A stretch of DNA of 64,000 bases from Alphaproteobacteria bacterium (GTDB lineage: Bacteria; Pseudomonadota; Alphaproteobacteria; SMXQ01), in NCBI GenBank assembly GCA_009380075.1, contig WHSO01000006.1, positions 13,930 to 77,929 of the forward strand, read 5' to 3'. The notes under the pieces are model-generated. The model made no database searches, was not told the origin of the DNA, and saw nothing but the letters and a program-made list of their open reading frames with translations. Position numbers and translations under genes: made by a program. Numbering within the stretch: the stretch's first letter is position 1; each line of letters begins with the position of its first letter. Positions 19,920 through 33,125 of the stretch are shown piece after piece.

Positions 19920-20584
19920 TTACCTGCTGGCCTGTCTCAGGGCCGCCGCCGCGGCGAACGGCGCAAGCGCCAGGGCGGCCAGTAAAAACCCCGCAAGCGC
20001 CGTCAGGCTCGCGCCGGCGTCGGTTCCGGCGATGGCCGCGTCCACCGCGGCGACCCCGAAGATCAATATGGGAATATAGAGCGGCAGGACCAGAAGGGAA
20101 ATCAGCACGCCCCCCCGACGGGCGCCGAGGGTCAGTGCCGCGCCGATGGCGCCGATCAGGGTCAAGGCCGGCGTCCCCAGAGCGAGCGCACCCAGGACCG
20201 CGCCATAGCCCGGAACCGGCAGGTTGAGCATCACGCCGAGGACGGGCGCCGCCGCGATCAGGGGCACGCCGGTAGCGATCCAGTGGGCCGCGCATTTGGC
20301 CAGCACGACCAGTTCCAGCGGCACGTCGGCCAGCAGCAGCCCTCGAGGCTGCCGTCCTCGAAATCCGCCGCAAACATGCGCTCAAGGGCGAGCATGGCGG
20401 CGAGCAGCGCCGTCACCCAGATCAGGCCCGGTGCGGCACGCGCCAAAAGCGCCGGATCGCCGCCGAGGCCGAAGCCGAACAGCAGCGCCCCCAGCACGAA
20501 GAACGCCACCACCATCAGCGTGTCGGCGCCGCGTCGCCAGGCGAGGCGCAGGTCGCAGAAGGTGATGGCGAGGAGCGCCACCAT
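19920..20584 (-). CDS. ccmB: Heme exporter protein CcmB, frameshifted near 20340 (probable sequencing error)
   Basis: N-half ..FAADFEDGSLE and C-half LLLADVPLELVVLAK lie in different frames; GAG GG CTG lacks one G. Confidence 0.88.
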
Positions 20585-20586
20585 GC

Positions 20587-21306
20587 TCAGGCACCGGCAT
20601 CCGGGGTGATGTCGTCGTTGAAGGGGTCGGCGAAGCGGGACGCGGCGAAGCGCGCGATCGGGAGCTCCTGGGCGCGGTCCGCCGCGATGTCGCCATGGGT
20701 TGCGATGACCGCCATGCCGCCCGCCTTGCGGTGCCGGGCGAGGGCTGCCTCAAAGGCGCGCGCCGATGCCGCATCGAGGGACGTTGTCGGTTCGTCCAGT
20801 AGCCACAGGACCGCGTGGCTGGCGGCGACGCGGGCGAGTGCGACGCGCCGCTTCTGGCCGGCGGAGAGATAACGGCAGGGCAGGCGCTCGAGTGGCGCCA
20901 GCGCATAGGCCGAGACCGCACGCGCCAGGGCGGCGTCGCGGGCGCGCGCATCCGTGGGACCGTTGACGCGACTCCACAGATTCAGGGTCTCGTGCGCGGT
21001 GAGCTCCGGTTTCAGGCCGTCCGCATGGCCGAGATACGCGATCGCCGGCTCTGTCGCGGCTCCGTCGAGGATGCAGGATCCCGCCGCGCTCGGCAAAAGC
21101 CCCGCCATGACGCGCAGCAGGCTCGACTTGCCGACGCCGTTGGGCCCGGTCAGCAGCAAGAGGCCGCCCGGGGCGACGTCGAAGCCGAGCCCGGCGAACA
21201 GTACCCGCCCCCCACGGACGCAGGCGAGCCCCACTCCCCTGAAGCGGGACGCAGGAAAGGACGGCGGCGTTGCGTCCGGCCTGGCGCCGGCGGGAGCATC
21301 GATCAT
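20587..21306 (-). CDS. ccmA: Heme exporter ATP-binding protein CcmA
   Basis: GPNGVGKSSLLR, LSAGQKRRVALAR and WLLDEP. Confidence 0.93.
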   Translation of the reverse strand: MIDAPAGARPDATPPSFPASRFRGVGLACVRGGRVLFAGLGFDVAPGGLLLLTGPNGVGKSSLLRVMAGLLPSAAGSCILDGAATEPAIAYLGHADGLKPELTAHETLNLWSRVNGPTDARARDAALARAVSAYALAPLERLPCRYLSAGQKRRVALARVAASHAVLWLLDEPTTSLDAASARAFEAALARHRKAGGMAVIATHGDIAADRAQELPIARFAASRFADPFNDDITPDAGA

Positions 21307-21756
21307 GGCGCCCCTCATAGCATAGGGTGAGGCCCGCGCGCGTCACCAAGCTGAAGGGTGCAACCCACAAAAATAGCGGCCACCGGCGGGGGGACCGGTG
21401 GCCGCTGGGAATTCCGGCATCAGGGTGCCGGTCGGAGGCTACTCTGGAAGGCCATGCAACGGGAGAGGGGGGGATTGCTGCGGCGGCCTTCCATTGGCTC
21501 TAAATGACCCCGGAAATGTGACCAGAGTAGGCCTCCAATGGGGCGAAAATGAGATATTTCCATTCTACCTACCAAGCTATTGAAATAAATTGTATAAAAT
21601 ACCTTGCGGACGGGTGTTTGCGGGGCGCGCAAAACGCGCGTTTGACGGCCCGCGCGTTTCCCGTTAACACCCCACTTTCTCTGGCCAATCATCCTATTCG
21701 CAAGGGTCTGCCGCCGTTCGCGGGCGGCGCCCCAGCCAACCAAAGGGAGAGAGACC

Positions 21757-24429
<2,673 letters not shown>

Positions 24430-24481
24430 CGTCACGGCGGGCGCGCTCGCGCGCGTCCGCCCGCGTAGGCGACGAGGCGAC

Positions 24482-25516
24482 ATGGCCGATCCCATCCCAA
24501 TGCCGAAATCACCGGGCCCGGAGCCATCCGCCGGACGCCTCGCCGGGCTGACCGCCTGGGCCCTGACCGAAGGCCACGCCGGGATGGAAATCCAGGCCCG
24601 CGCGCTGGCAGAGGCACTGGGCCTCGACCCGGTGGTCAAGCGGGCGCCGGCGCCGAAGGCGACCGGCTGGCTGCCGCCACGGCTGTGGCCCTCGGCGCTC
24701 GCCAACGCCAACAAACGGGGCGCGGATCTGACGCCGCCGTGGCCCGACGTTCTCATCACCTGCGGCCGGCGCGTCGTCGCCCCGGCGCTCGCCATACGGC
24801 GCGCGAGCCGCGAGGGTGGGGCGCCCGGGACCTTCGCCATCCATATCCAGAATCCGCAGGTGCCGCTTCGCCTCTTCGACGTGGTGGTGGCGCCCGATCA
24901 CGACGCCATGACCGGGCCCAATGTCGTGAGTTGCCTCGGCTCGATCCACGCCCTTACGGCCCGACGCCTCAAGGCCGAGGGTGTGGCATCCCGCAAACGT
25001 TTTGCCGACCTGCCACGCCCCCTCGTCACCGTGCTGGTCGGGGGCGCCAACCGGGCCTACGGCATCGGCACGAAGGAGATGGAGCGTCTTGCCGATTCCA
25101 TATTTTCGCTGATGGTGCGGCAGAACTGCGGCGTCGCCGTGGTGCCGTCGCGACGCACGGGCCGCCGGAACGTGCGCCTGCTGAAAGATCGCCTGTCCGA
25201 TATCGGCGCCTATGTCTGGGACGGGGAGGACGAGAACCCCTATCTGGCGCTGATCGGCCTGGCCGATGCGCTCATCGTCACCTGCGACTCGGTCAACATG
25301 GTGTGCGAAGCGGCGGCGAGCGGAAAGCCGGTCTACATCGTGATGTACAAGGGCCGCTCGGCGCGCTTCGACGCCTTTCACGCCGCCATGCGGACGCGCG
25401 GCCACGTACGGGCATTCAGCGGCCAGATCGACTTCTTCTGGCGGCCCGCCCCCCTGGTCGAGATCGATGCCGTCGCCGCCGAGATCGTCCAACGCTACCG
25501 CACCGAGCGCGGCTGA
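24482..25516 (+). CDS. ELM1/GtrOC1-family (DUF1022) protein
   Basis: PPWPDVLITCG, FDVVVAPDHD, ENPY and VTCDSVNMVCEAAASGKPV. Confidence 0.85.
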   Translation: MADPIPMPKSPGPEPSAGRLAGLTAWALTEGHAGMEIQARALAEALGLDPVVKRAPAPKATGWLPPRLWPSALANANKRGADLTPPWPDVLITCGRRVVAPALAIRRASREGGAPGTFAIHIQNPQVPLRLFDVVVAPDHDAMTGPNVVSCLGSIHALTARRLKAEGVASRKRFADLPRPLVTVLVGGANRAYGIGTKEMERLADSIFSLMVRQNCGVAVVPSRRTGRRNVRLLKDRLSDIGAYVWDGEDENPYLALIGLADALIVTCDSVNMVCEAAASGKPVYIVMYKGRSARFDAFHAAMRTRGHVRAFSGQIDFFWRPAPLVEIDAVAAEIVQRYRTERG

Positions 25517-25523
25517 GGCGGGG

Positions 25524-26000
25524 TCAGTAGGGCGTGCCGTCCTTGTGCACGAAGTGCCATCGTCCGTCGGCGTCCATCCCGGCGGCGATATCGTCGTCCG
25601 GATAGGTCACTGTGTCGCCCTTGGTGCGGTCGCCGATCTCGAGATACGTCGCCTCCGCCGCGCCGCGGTTGACGAGGTGGTGGGCATCGCCGCCGCCCGC
25701 CCTGAAGCCCGCGCACATGCCCGGCGTCAGGACAGTTTCCCCCGCGTTGGTCACCAGGGTGAGGGTCCCCTCGAGGACATAGACGAATTCGTCCTGCCGT
25801 CGGTGGGCGTGGCGCAGCGCGCTTTCGCTGCCCGGCGCGAGGCGGGTCAGGTTGACGCCGAAATTGGTCAGGCCGAAGGCCTCCCCCAGCGGGCGTTTTT
25901 CCCGTCCGGCCACGCGGCGGGCGAAGGGCTCGGGGTAATTGCTGGCTTTGGCGCGTGCCGGCAATCCGGCGGCGCGAGCGGCGATGGGACGGTCGGGCAT
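25524..26000 (-). CDS. Cupin-domain protein
   Basis: SNYPEPF, GLTNFGVNL, SALRHAH..QDEF and AHHLVN. Confidence 0.88.
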   Translation of the reverse strand: MPDRPIAARAAGLPARAKASNYPEPFARRVAGREKRPLGEAFGLTNFGVNLTRLAPGSESALRHAHRRQDEFVYVLEGTLTLVTNAGETVLTPGMCAGFRAGGGDAHHLVNRGAAEATYLEIGDRTKGDTVTYPDDDIAAGMDADGRWHFVHKDGTPY

Positions 26001-26140
26001 TGGACTCTCGTGGTTTCCGGGATGCCGCGATCCTAGCATGGTCCCGGTCCTGTGTCCGGCGCGGTGGCGAAATGGACCCTCACCAAAGCGTGAACGCGAT
26101 TGATTGGGGTGGCCCAGGAGCATGGGCATAGTCTGGCGGC

Positions 26141-26899
26141 ATGAAGATGGTTTCACTCAGGGTCATTCCCGTTTTCGTCGCGGTCCTCGTGTTCGCGGCG
26201 TCGCCGGCGCGGACGGAACCCGCATCGGAGCCCGCCCAGCCGGTGGTGGTCGAGCTGTTCACGTCCCAGGGATGCTCGTCCTGCCCTCCCGCAGATGCCT
26301 ACCTGATGCAGCTCGCGAAGGATCCCGGCATTCTCGCGCTCTCCCTGCATGTCGATTACTGGAACGGGCTCGGCTGGAAGGATCCGTTCTCCAGCCCCGA
26401 GGTGACCGTGCGCCAGCGCAGCTACGCGCGCAATCTCGGCGCGCATTACGTCTATACGCCGCAGATGGTGGTGATGGGTGCCGCCCATGCGGTCGGCTCC
26501 AACCGCAGCGATGTGGCGCGGCTTATCGCCGATACGCGTGCGGGCATGGCTCCCGCGCCCACCGTTGCCATCGATCATATGGCGCGCAACACGCTGACCA
26601 TCCGCGTCGGTGCGGGACAGGTGAAGGGGCGTGCGACGGTGTGGCTGGTCTCCTACGATACCCGCCATGAGACCAGGGTGGCGGCGGGCGAGAACGGCGG
26701 CCGGACCCTTGCCTATTCCAACGTCGTGCGCGGCATCCGTTCCGTCGGCGCGTGGGACGGTTCGGCGACCAGCCTCACCGTGGATGTGACCGAGGAAATG
26801 AACGACGGCTATCAGAATTGTGCCGTGCTGGTCCAGGCGGGCGAAACCGGGCCGATCGTCGCGTCCGCGTCCATGCCGATGCGCATCGCCGCACGGTAA
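26141..26899 (+). CDS. DUF1223 thioredoxin-like secreted protein
   Basis: VVELFTSQGCSSCPPAD, HVDYWN and YTPQMVV. Confidence 0.92.
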   Translation: MKMVSLRVIPVFVAVLVFAASPARTEPASEPAQPVVVELFTSQGCSSCPPADAYLMQLAKDPGILALSLHVDYWNGLGWKDPFSSPEVTVRQRSYARNLGAHYVYTPQMVVMGAAHAVGSNRSDVARLIADTRAGMAPAPTVAIDHMARNTLTIRVGAGQVKGRATVWLVSYDTRHETRVAAGENGGRTLAYSNVVRGIRSVGAWDGSATSLTVDVTEEMNDGYQNCAVLVQAGETGPIVASASMPMRIAAR

Positions 26900-27044
26900 C
26901 CCGTACCCGGCCCGGCGCCGGGGTTCCGGGCCGCCCCGCGTTCCCAAGAGTTCACTGTTTTCCTGGGCTTCCGGGCTCTGGCGAAGGCGCGCCGGGCGAT
27001 GATATGCTGCGCGGACACTTTCCGTAGCGCGTCAGGAGGACATC

Positions 27045-27383
27045 ATGGCCATTCCCGTTCAGATCACTTTCCGGGACATCCCGTCGAGCGACGCGGTCGA
27101 GACCAGGATCCATAAATACGCCGAAAAGCTCGATCGATTTACCGATCGCGCGACGTCGCTCCACGTTATCGTCGCCGCGCCCCATGCGCGCAGCCAGGGA
27201 CCCCAGCACAAGGGCCAGCTCTACCAGTTCACCCTTGAATTGACCCTGCCGAAGGGCGACATCGTCGTACGCCAGGGCGACACCGACAACCATGCACACG
27301 AGGACGTCTACGTCGCCATGCGCGATGCCTTCAAGGCCCTGGAACGTCGCACGCACGAACATTTCGAAAAGCTCGGCCACTGA
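27045..27383 (+). CDS. HPF/RaiA family ribosome-associated protein
   Basis: PVQITFRDI..SDAVE and HEDVYVAMRDAF; AGGAGG RBS. Confidence 0.85.
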   Translation: MAIPVQITFRDIPSSDAVETRIHKYAEKLDRFTDRATSLHVIVAAPHARSQGPQHKGQLYQFTLELTLPKGDIVVRQGDTDNHAHEDVYVAMRDAFKALERRTHEHFEKLGH

Positions 27384-27435
27384 GACGGCCGCGTCCGGTG
27401 CCGTCAAAGCGACGGAAAGGGATCGTCCCGCACCC

Positions 27436-30102
27436 ATGAGCTTCAGCATTTCGCCATCGTTTCCCGACCCGCGCGTCGCACCACGCGCGCAGGTGACGGC
27501 GGTCCTCGGCCCGACCAACACCGGCAAGACATACCTCGCGATCGAGCGCATGATGGGCCATGTCTCCGGCATGATGGGTTTCCCGCTGCGGCTGCTGGCG
27601 CGGGAGAACTACGACCGAGTCGTCGCCATCAAGGGCGTGGATGCGGTGGCGCTCGTCACCGGCGAGGAGAAGATCCTTCCGCCCAACCCGTCCTATTTCC
27701 TGTGCACGGTGGAATCGATGCCCTTGGCGCGCGAGGTCGCGTTCCTCGCCGTGGACGAGGTGCAACTCGCCGCCGATCCGGACCGCGGCCATATCTTCAC
27801 CGACCGCATCCTCAACGCCCGTGGCTATGCCGAGACCATGCTGCTCGGCGCCGAAACCATTGCGCCGTTCATCCGCGCCCTGGTGCCCGGATGCGAATTC
27901 GTGTCGCGCCCCCGGTTTTCCTCGCTCACCCATGCCGGCGTGCACAAGATCACGCGCCTGCCGCCGCGCTCGGCGGTGGTGGCGTTCTCGGCGGCCTCGG
28001 TCTACGGCATCGCCGAGTTGCTGCGCCGTCAGCGCGGCGGCGCGGCCGTCGTCATGGGGGCGCTCAGCCCCCGCACCCGCAACGCCCAGGTCGCCATGTT
28101 CCAGAACGGTGAGGTGGATTACCTGGTGGCGACCGATGCCATCGGCATGGGGCTCAACATGGACGTCGCTCATGTCGCCTTCGGCGAACTGGCGAAATTC
28201 GACGGCCGCCGCCGCCGCGGGTTGAGCGCGGCGGAGCTGGCGCAGATCGCCGGCCGCGCCGGCCGCCACATGTCCGACGGCACCTTCGGCACCACGGTCG
28301 AGGCCGGCGAACTCGCGCCCGAGATGGTCGCGGCGGTCGAGGGTCATCACTTCGAAAAGGTGCGCAGCATCTACTGGCGCAACAGCGATCTTTCCTTCCA
28401 CTCCATTGCCGCGCTCATGCGGTCGCTGGAGGCACCGTCGCCGATGCCGGGGATGATTGCCATGCGTGATGCGCCCGATCACCTTGCCCTCGGCATCCTT
28501 GCTGCCGATCCCGAATCCGTCCGCGCCGTCGCCGGGCCCGACGATGTGCGGCGGCTGTGGGACGTGTGCCAGATTCCCGATTTCCGGCGCGACGCGGGCG
28601 GCGGCCACGCACGGTTCGTGGCCGGCGTGTGGCGGCGCCTCGCGGCGGGCGGACACCTGCCGGACGACTGGATCGCGTCCCATATCGCGCGCCTCGACCG
28701 CGTCGACGGCGACATCGATACGCTGACGGGCCGTATCGACCACATCCGCACCTGGACCTATATCTCGCACCGCGCCGCCTGGCTGGAGGACGCGGGCCAT
28801 TGGCAGGGCCTGACCCGCGCGGTCGAGGACCGCCTGTCCGACGCGCTGCACGACCGTCTCACCCAGCGCTTCGTCGACCGGCGTACCACGGCGCTGGTCA
28901 AGGGCCTGCGGGGGAAGGCGGACCTCGCCGCCGCGGTCGACGACGACGGTACCGTCGTCGTCGCCGGCCACGTCGTCGGGCGCCTCGAGGGATTCCGTTT
29001 CGTCGAGGCGCCGGCGCACCGCTCGGGCGACGACAGCGAGCTTGCGCGCAAGACCGCACGCGGCGCGGCCGCCCGTGCGCTGGGGCCGGAAATCACGCGG
29101 CGCCTCGATGCGGTCGCGGCACCCGGGGCCGGCGACAATGGGCTCGCCCTCGAAGACGACGGGCGGATCACCTGGAACGGGGCGCTCGTCGGCAATACCG
29201 GTCCGGGGCGGGATGCCCTCGGCCCCGTGGTACGCGCCGTGGCGAGCGACGTGGTCGACTCTCGCAGCCAGGCGCGGCTCGCCGTGGCGCTTCAGCACTG
29301 GCTCGATACGCATCTGCGCGCCCGCCTGGGGCCGCTCTTCCGGTCGCGGGATCGTGCCGGCGATGCCGCCCTTGCGTCGCCGGCACGCGGCATCCTGTTC
29401 CAGCTGGTCGAGGCGGTGGGCTGCGTTCCCCGCCGGCAGGTCGACACGCTGGTCCGCCAGTGCGACGGACGGGCGCGCAAGCAGCTCGCAGGGCTCGGCA
29501 TCCGCCTGGGGACCGAGTCGGTCTATGTCGACGGCCTGCATGGCGCAGGAGTCCGGCGGCTGCGCGCGGTGCTGGACGGCATTCACCGTCGCGATGCCGG
29601 CGCCGAGATCGCCGCCCGTGCCCGTGCCGTCGCGCGTGGCGCGCCGTCGGTCGCCCGCGACCACGCCCTTCCGGACACGTTCTACCGGGCCTGCGGCCTG
29701 ATCGCGCTCGGCCCCCGGGCGCTCGCCTGTCCGCGTGCGGAAGCCCTCGCCGCCGAAACACGGCGGCTCGCCCGCCAGGGCGCCTTCAGCGCAAGCCCGG
29801 CCCTGCGCCGCCTTGCCGGCGGCAGCATCGAGGATCTCGTGGGCGTTTTGCTGGCGCTTGGCTTCCGCAGCGAGGAAGGTCCGGCCGGGATCGGTTTCGC
29901 GGCGGCTACGGCGTCCCGTACGCACCGGCATCGCGTCCGTTCCGCCGCCGCCAAGGGATCGAAGGGAGACGCCGACGCGGCGGTTGCGGGTGCCAAGGCC
30001 AAGCCCGGGCGCCCGCGGCACGCGCCGCGCCAGGCGTCGGATTCGCCCTTCGCCGTGCTCGGCACCCTCACGCTGCGCCCGCGACGGGACGGCCCGCGGT
30101 GA
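27436..30102 (+). CDS. SUV3/MgpS-like ATP-dependent helicase
   Basis: LGPTNTGKT, DEVQ, VATDAIGMGLN and QIAGRAGR. Confidence 0.92.
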   Translation: MSFSISPSFPDPRVAPRAQVTAVLGPTNTGKTYLAIERMMGHVSGMMGFPLRLLARENYDRVVAIKGVDAVALVTGEEKILPPNPSYFLCTVESMPLAREVAFLAVDEVQLAADPDRGHIFTDRILNARGYAETMLLGAETIAPFIRALVPGCEFVSRPRFSSLTHAGVHKITRLPPRSAVVAFSAASVYGIAELLRRQRGGAAVVMGALSPRTRNAQVAMFQNGEVDYLVATDAIGMGLNMDVAHVAFGELAKFDGRRRRGLSAAELAQIAGRAGRHMSDGTFGTTVEAGELAPEMVAAVEGHHFEKVRSIYWRNSDLSFHSIAALMRSLEAPSPMPGMIAMRDAPDHLALGILAADPESVRAVAGPDDVRRLWDVCQIPDFRRDAGGGHARFVAGVWRRLAAGGHLPDDWIASHIARLDRVDGDIDTLTGRIDHIRTWTYISHRAAWLEDAGHWQGLTRAVEDRLSDALHDRLTQRFVDRRTTALVKGLRGKADLAAAVDDDGTVVVAGHVVGRLEGFRFVEAPAHRSGDDSELARKTARGAAARALGPEITRRLDAVAAPGAGDNGLALEDDGRITWNGALVGNTGPGRDALGPVVRAVASDVVDSRSQARLAVALQHWLDTHLRARLGPLFRSRDRAGDAALASPARGILFQLVEAVGCVPRRQVDTLVRQCDGRARKQLAGLGIRLGTESVYVDGLHGAGVRRLRAVLDGIHRRDAGAEIAARARAVARGAPSVARDHALPDTFYRACGLIALGPRALACPRAEALAAETRRLARQGAFSASPALRRLAGGSIEDLVGVLLALGFRSEEGPAGIGFAAATASRTHRHRVRSAAAKGSKGDADAAVAGAKAKPGRPRHAPRQASDSPFAVLGTLTLRPRRDGPR

Positions 30103-30527
30103 CCACGGCCCGGATGTCGCCCGACGCCCCCGCATCCGCCGTTCCCGGCCTGCGCGTCGACAAGTGGCTGTGGTTCGCCCGCTTCTTCAAGAGCCGTACC
30201 CTCGCGGCGCGCCATTGCGCCGCCGGCCGCGTGCGCATCAACGGGACCCGCGTCGTCAAGGCTCATGCGCCCGTCGTTCCCGGCGACGTGCTGACCTTTG
30301 CCACGGGCGGCGCGCGCATTCATGTGGTGCGCGTCCTCGCCCTCGGCACGCGGCGGGGGCCGGCGCCCGAGGCGCGCACACTCTACCTCGACCTCGATCC
30401 TCCCTCCGCCGGGAATGCCGCGTCCCCGGGGCCTGAGGTGGCATCCGGCCCCCGGCGCGCGCCGGGATCGGGCCGTCCGACCAAGGCCGACCGCCGGGCG
30501 CTGGAGCTGCTGCGCGGCGAGCGCTGA
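30099..30527 (+). CDS. RNA-binding S4 domain protein (Hsp15-like)
   Basis: LRVDKWLWFARFFKSRT and GRPTKADRR; GTGA overlap with the helicase. Confidence 0.9.
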   Translation: MTTARMSPDAPASAVPGLRVDKWLWFARFFKSRTLAARHCAAGRVRINGTRVVKAHAPVVPGDVLTFATGGARIHVVRVLALGTRRGPAPEARTLYLDLDPPSAGNAASPGPEVASGPRRAPGSGRPTKADRRALELLRGER

Positions 30528-30554
30528 GCGCCGCGGCGCGATCCGGGGTGATCG

Positions 30555-31184
30555 TCACGCCCTGCGGAACACCAGGGACAGGTTGTTGGCCGGCATCGGC
30601 ACCGTTTCGGCATGGACCATGCCGTGCCGGGCGGCTTCGTCGATGACGGTCCCGAGATCGCGGATACCCCATGCCGGGTTGCGCGCCCGCAGGCTGCGGT
30701 CGAATGCGGCATTCGACGGCGCGGTATGTGCGCCGCCGACACGGTAAGGCCCGTAGAGGTAAAGCACCCCACCCGGGGGCAGCAGGCGTCCGGCCCCGGC
30801 CATCAGCCCTTCACAGGCGGCGAATGGGGCGATATGGATCATGTTGACGGAGACGATGGCATCGGGCGTGAATCCGGGCGGCAGGGGCCAGTCGGGCCGG
30901 GCGACATCGAGGCGCATCGGCGCCAGCACATTGGGCACTTGCGCCGCCCCGAGCCAGGCCGCGGCGGAGGCGACCGCCTCGGCGTCGACGTCGGTGGACA
31001 GCCAACGCAGATGGGGCAGCGCTGCGGCAAAATACGGCGCCTGTTCGCCGGGGCCGCAGCCGATCTCCAGCACCGCCGTGGCCCCGGCCAGCACCCGCCG
31101 CAGCACCGCGAGGATGGGGTCGCGGTTGCGGAGCGTATGCGGGGCGTGAACGGCGCCCGCGGGGACGTCCGGCGGTCCGGTCAT
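30555..31184 (-). CDS. DUF938 SAM-dependent methyltransferase
   Basis: [28 protein letters not shown] and MPANN. Confidence 0.9.
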   Translation of the reverse strand: MTGPPDVPAGAVHAPHTLRNRDPILAVLRRVLAGATAVLEIGCGPGEQAPYFAAALPHLRWLSTDVDAEAVASAAAWLGAAQVPNVLAPMRLDVARPDWPLPPGFTPDAIVSVNMIHIAPFAACEGLMAGAGRLLPPGGVLYLYGPYRVGGAHTAPSNAAFDRSLRARNPAWGIRDLGTVIDEAARHGMVHAETVPMPANNLSLVFRRA

Positions 31185-31343
31185 GGCCGGAACCTAGACG
31201 TCCCGGCGCCGTCCCGCAACCGCGCCCACCGCCGCGTCCCTGTGGCTTGCCGTGGCATGGGCGCTGTGATACCCAAGGCGCCCGAGAGGGAACGAGACGG
31301 GCGGCCGCAACCGCCAGGACTGCGTGAAGGGACAGAACGGCAG

Positions 31344-31688
31344 ATGACTTACCTAGTGACCGACGCCTGCGTGAAGTGCAAGTACATGGATTGCGTCGAG
31401 GTTTGCCCGGTGGATTGCTTTTACGAGGGCGAGAATTTCCTCGTCATCAACCCGGACGAATGCATCGATTGCGGCGTGTGCGAGCCCGAATGCCCGGTCG
31501 AGGCGATCAAGCCCGACACCGAGGGCGATCTGTCCAAGTGGCTGGAAATCAATACGAAATACGCCGAATCGTGGCCCAATATCACGCGCAAGGGTGAGCC
31601 CCCCGCCGACGCCGACGCGTGGAAGGACGTCAAGGACAAGTTCGACGCGCATTTCAGCCCGAACCCGGGCAAATCCGGGCAGTCCTGA
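31344..31688 (+). CDS. fdxA: 7Fe ferredoxin FdxA
   Basis: [38 protein letters not shown]. Confidence 0.95.
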   Translation: MTYLVTDACVKCKYMDCVEVCPVDCFYEGENFLVINPDECIDCGVCEPECPVEAIKPDTEGDLSKWLEINTKYAESWPNITRKGEPPADADAWKDVKDKFDAHFSPNPGKSGQS

Positions 31689-32014
31689 CGTCCCGAAGCA
31701 GCCCGAAATGGCGTTTCACTTGAAATGCTAGGATTCGGGGCAAATTTCTGATATATTACAAAGCAAGCGGGCGGGATTAACCATTTGAAATAATGGCTTA
31801 ATCCCGACCAGCCCATAAAGGACGCGGGGCCGGTACGGTCGGTCCGCGCATTCCGTCAGGGAATCGAACCGCATAAGGGGAATGCCGTCGATCCGGCATG
31901 CCGCGGTTCGTTTGCGGCTGATGCGAAAGCCCGGGCTCCCGCGGAACAGGTTTGTCCATTCCGTTGCAATGTATCAGCGTGGAACGCGTTCCAGTGAGGA
32001 TGCAAGGACCAGAG

Positions 32015-33028
32015 ATGGCAACCAAGAAAAAGCGTAACACCAGATCCGCATCGAAGACCCGGGCCCGGACGCACACCCGCAAGCCCAGCCGGAAGGCCGT
32101 GCCGCGAAAGGCTCTTAACAAGGCGGCGGCCAAGGCAAAAGCCCGGCCCAAGGCGAAGGCCGCGGCCGCGCCGAGGGCACGTTCCAGGGCCAAACCCGTG
32201 GTCAAGAAAGCGGCCAACACAAAGGCGAAATCAAAAAAGATGGTAAAGTCCAAGTCCGTATCCGCAAAGCGCGGCGCATCCTCAAACAGCGTTCGGTCTG
32301 TAAAGGCAGTGGCGAAGAAGCGTCCGCCGGTCAAGGCGACGGCGAAGAAACCGGTCCGGGCCGCAGCGCCGAAGCCTGCGGCCAAGGCACCGGCCCGAAA
32401 GCCCGTTCCCGCCAAGACGGCGACGAAGCCCGTTCCCGCCAAGGCCGCCACCGGTCACGCGCCGGCCAAACCGGTGGCGAAGGCGGTACCGGCGAAAGCG
32501 CCGGCCAAGCCCGGCAAGCCGTTCTCGGTCAAGAAGCTCGGCGATTTTGCCTGCGGCGACTACGTCGTCTATCCGACCCATGGCGTCGGCAAGATAGAAG
32601 CGATCGAAGAGCAGGATATTGCCGGTTTCACGCTGCGTCTCTACGTCGTCCGGTTCGAGAAGGAAAAGATGACGTTGCGCGTCCCGGTCAACAAGGCGGA
32701 GGATTCCGGGCTGCGGAAGCTGTCGACGCGCCAGCAGATCGACGTTGCCCTTTCGACCCTGAAGGGCCGCTCCCGCGTCTCGCGTGCCATGTGGTCGCGC
32801 CGGGCGCAGGAGTACGAGGCCAAGATCAACTCGGGTGATCCCGTTTCCATTGCCGAGGTGGTGCGCGATCTGCACCGTAACGCCGGCCAGCCCGACCAGT
32901 CCTATTCCGAGCGGCAGATCTACGAAGCCGCGCTGGAACGGCTGGCGCGGGAGCTGGCGGCGGTCGAGCGGATCGATTCCGACGCCGCCGCAGTCAAGCT
33001 GGAGCAGTTCCTGGTCAAGGCGGCCTGA
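32015..33028 (+). CDS. carD: CarD family transcription factor with a long Lys/Ala/Pro-rich N-terminal extension
   Basis: GDYVVYPTHGVG, MWSRRAQEYEAKINSG and SYSERQIYEAA; about 175 aa of basic low-complexity N-terminus. Confidence 0.9.
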   Translation: MATKKKRNTRSASKTRARTHTRKPSRKAVPRKALNKAAAKAKARPKAKAAAAPRARSRAKPVVKKAANTKAKSKKMVKSKSVSAKRGASSNSVRSVKAVAKKRPPVKATAKKPVRAAAPKPAAKAPARKPVPAKTATKPVPAKAATGHAPAKPVAKAVPAKAPAKPGKPFSVKKLGDFACGDYVVYPTHGVGKIEAIEEQDIAGFTLRLYVVRFEKEKMTLRVPVNKAEDSGLRKLSTRQQIDVALSTLKGRSRVSRAMWSRRAQEYEAKINSGDPVSIAEVVRDLHRNAGQPDQSYSERQIYEAALERLARELAAVERIDSDAAAVKLEQFLVKAA

Positions 33029-33125
33029 GACTGCCGCAGCGCGAGATCGGGGGCCGGCCGCCGGGTACGAGGCCGGCCCTCATGCTGTGCGGTCGTCCAG
33101 CAAAAGGCCGGGGTCAAGAAGGATC

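Noticed and set aside
20330-20350. Programmed frameshift or phase variation in ccmB (and in the thrC-like gene)
   Set aside because: The runs are only 2-4 nt with no slippery heptamer; a sequencing error is the simpler explanation.
28557-30527. 656-aa ORF overlapping the helicase
   Set aside because: Only the S4-domain part from GTG 30099 is protein-like.
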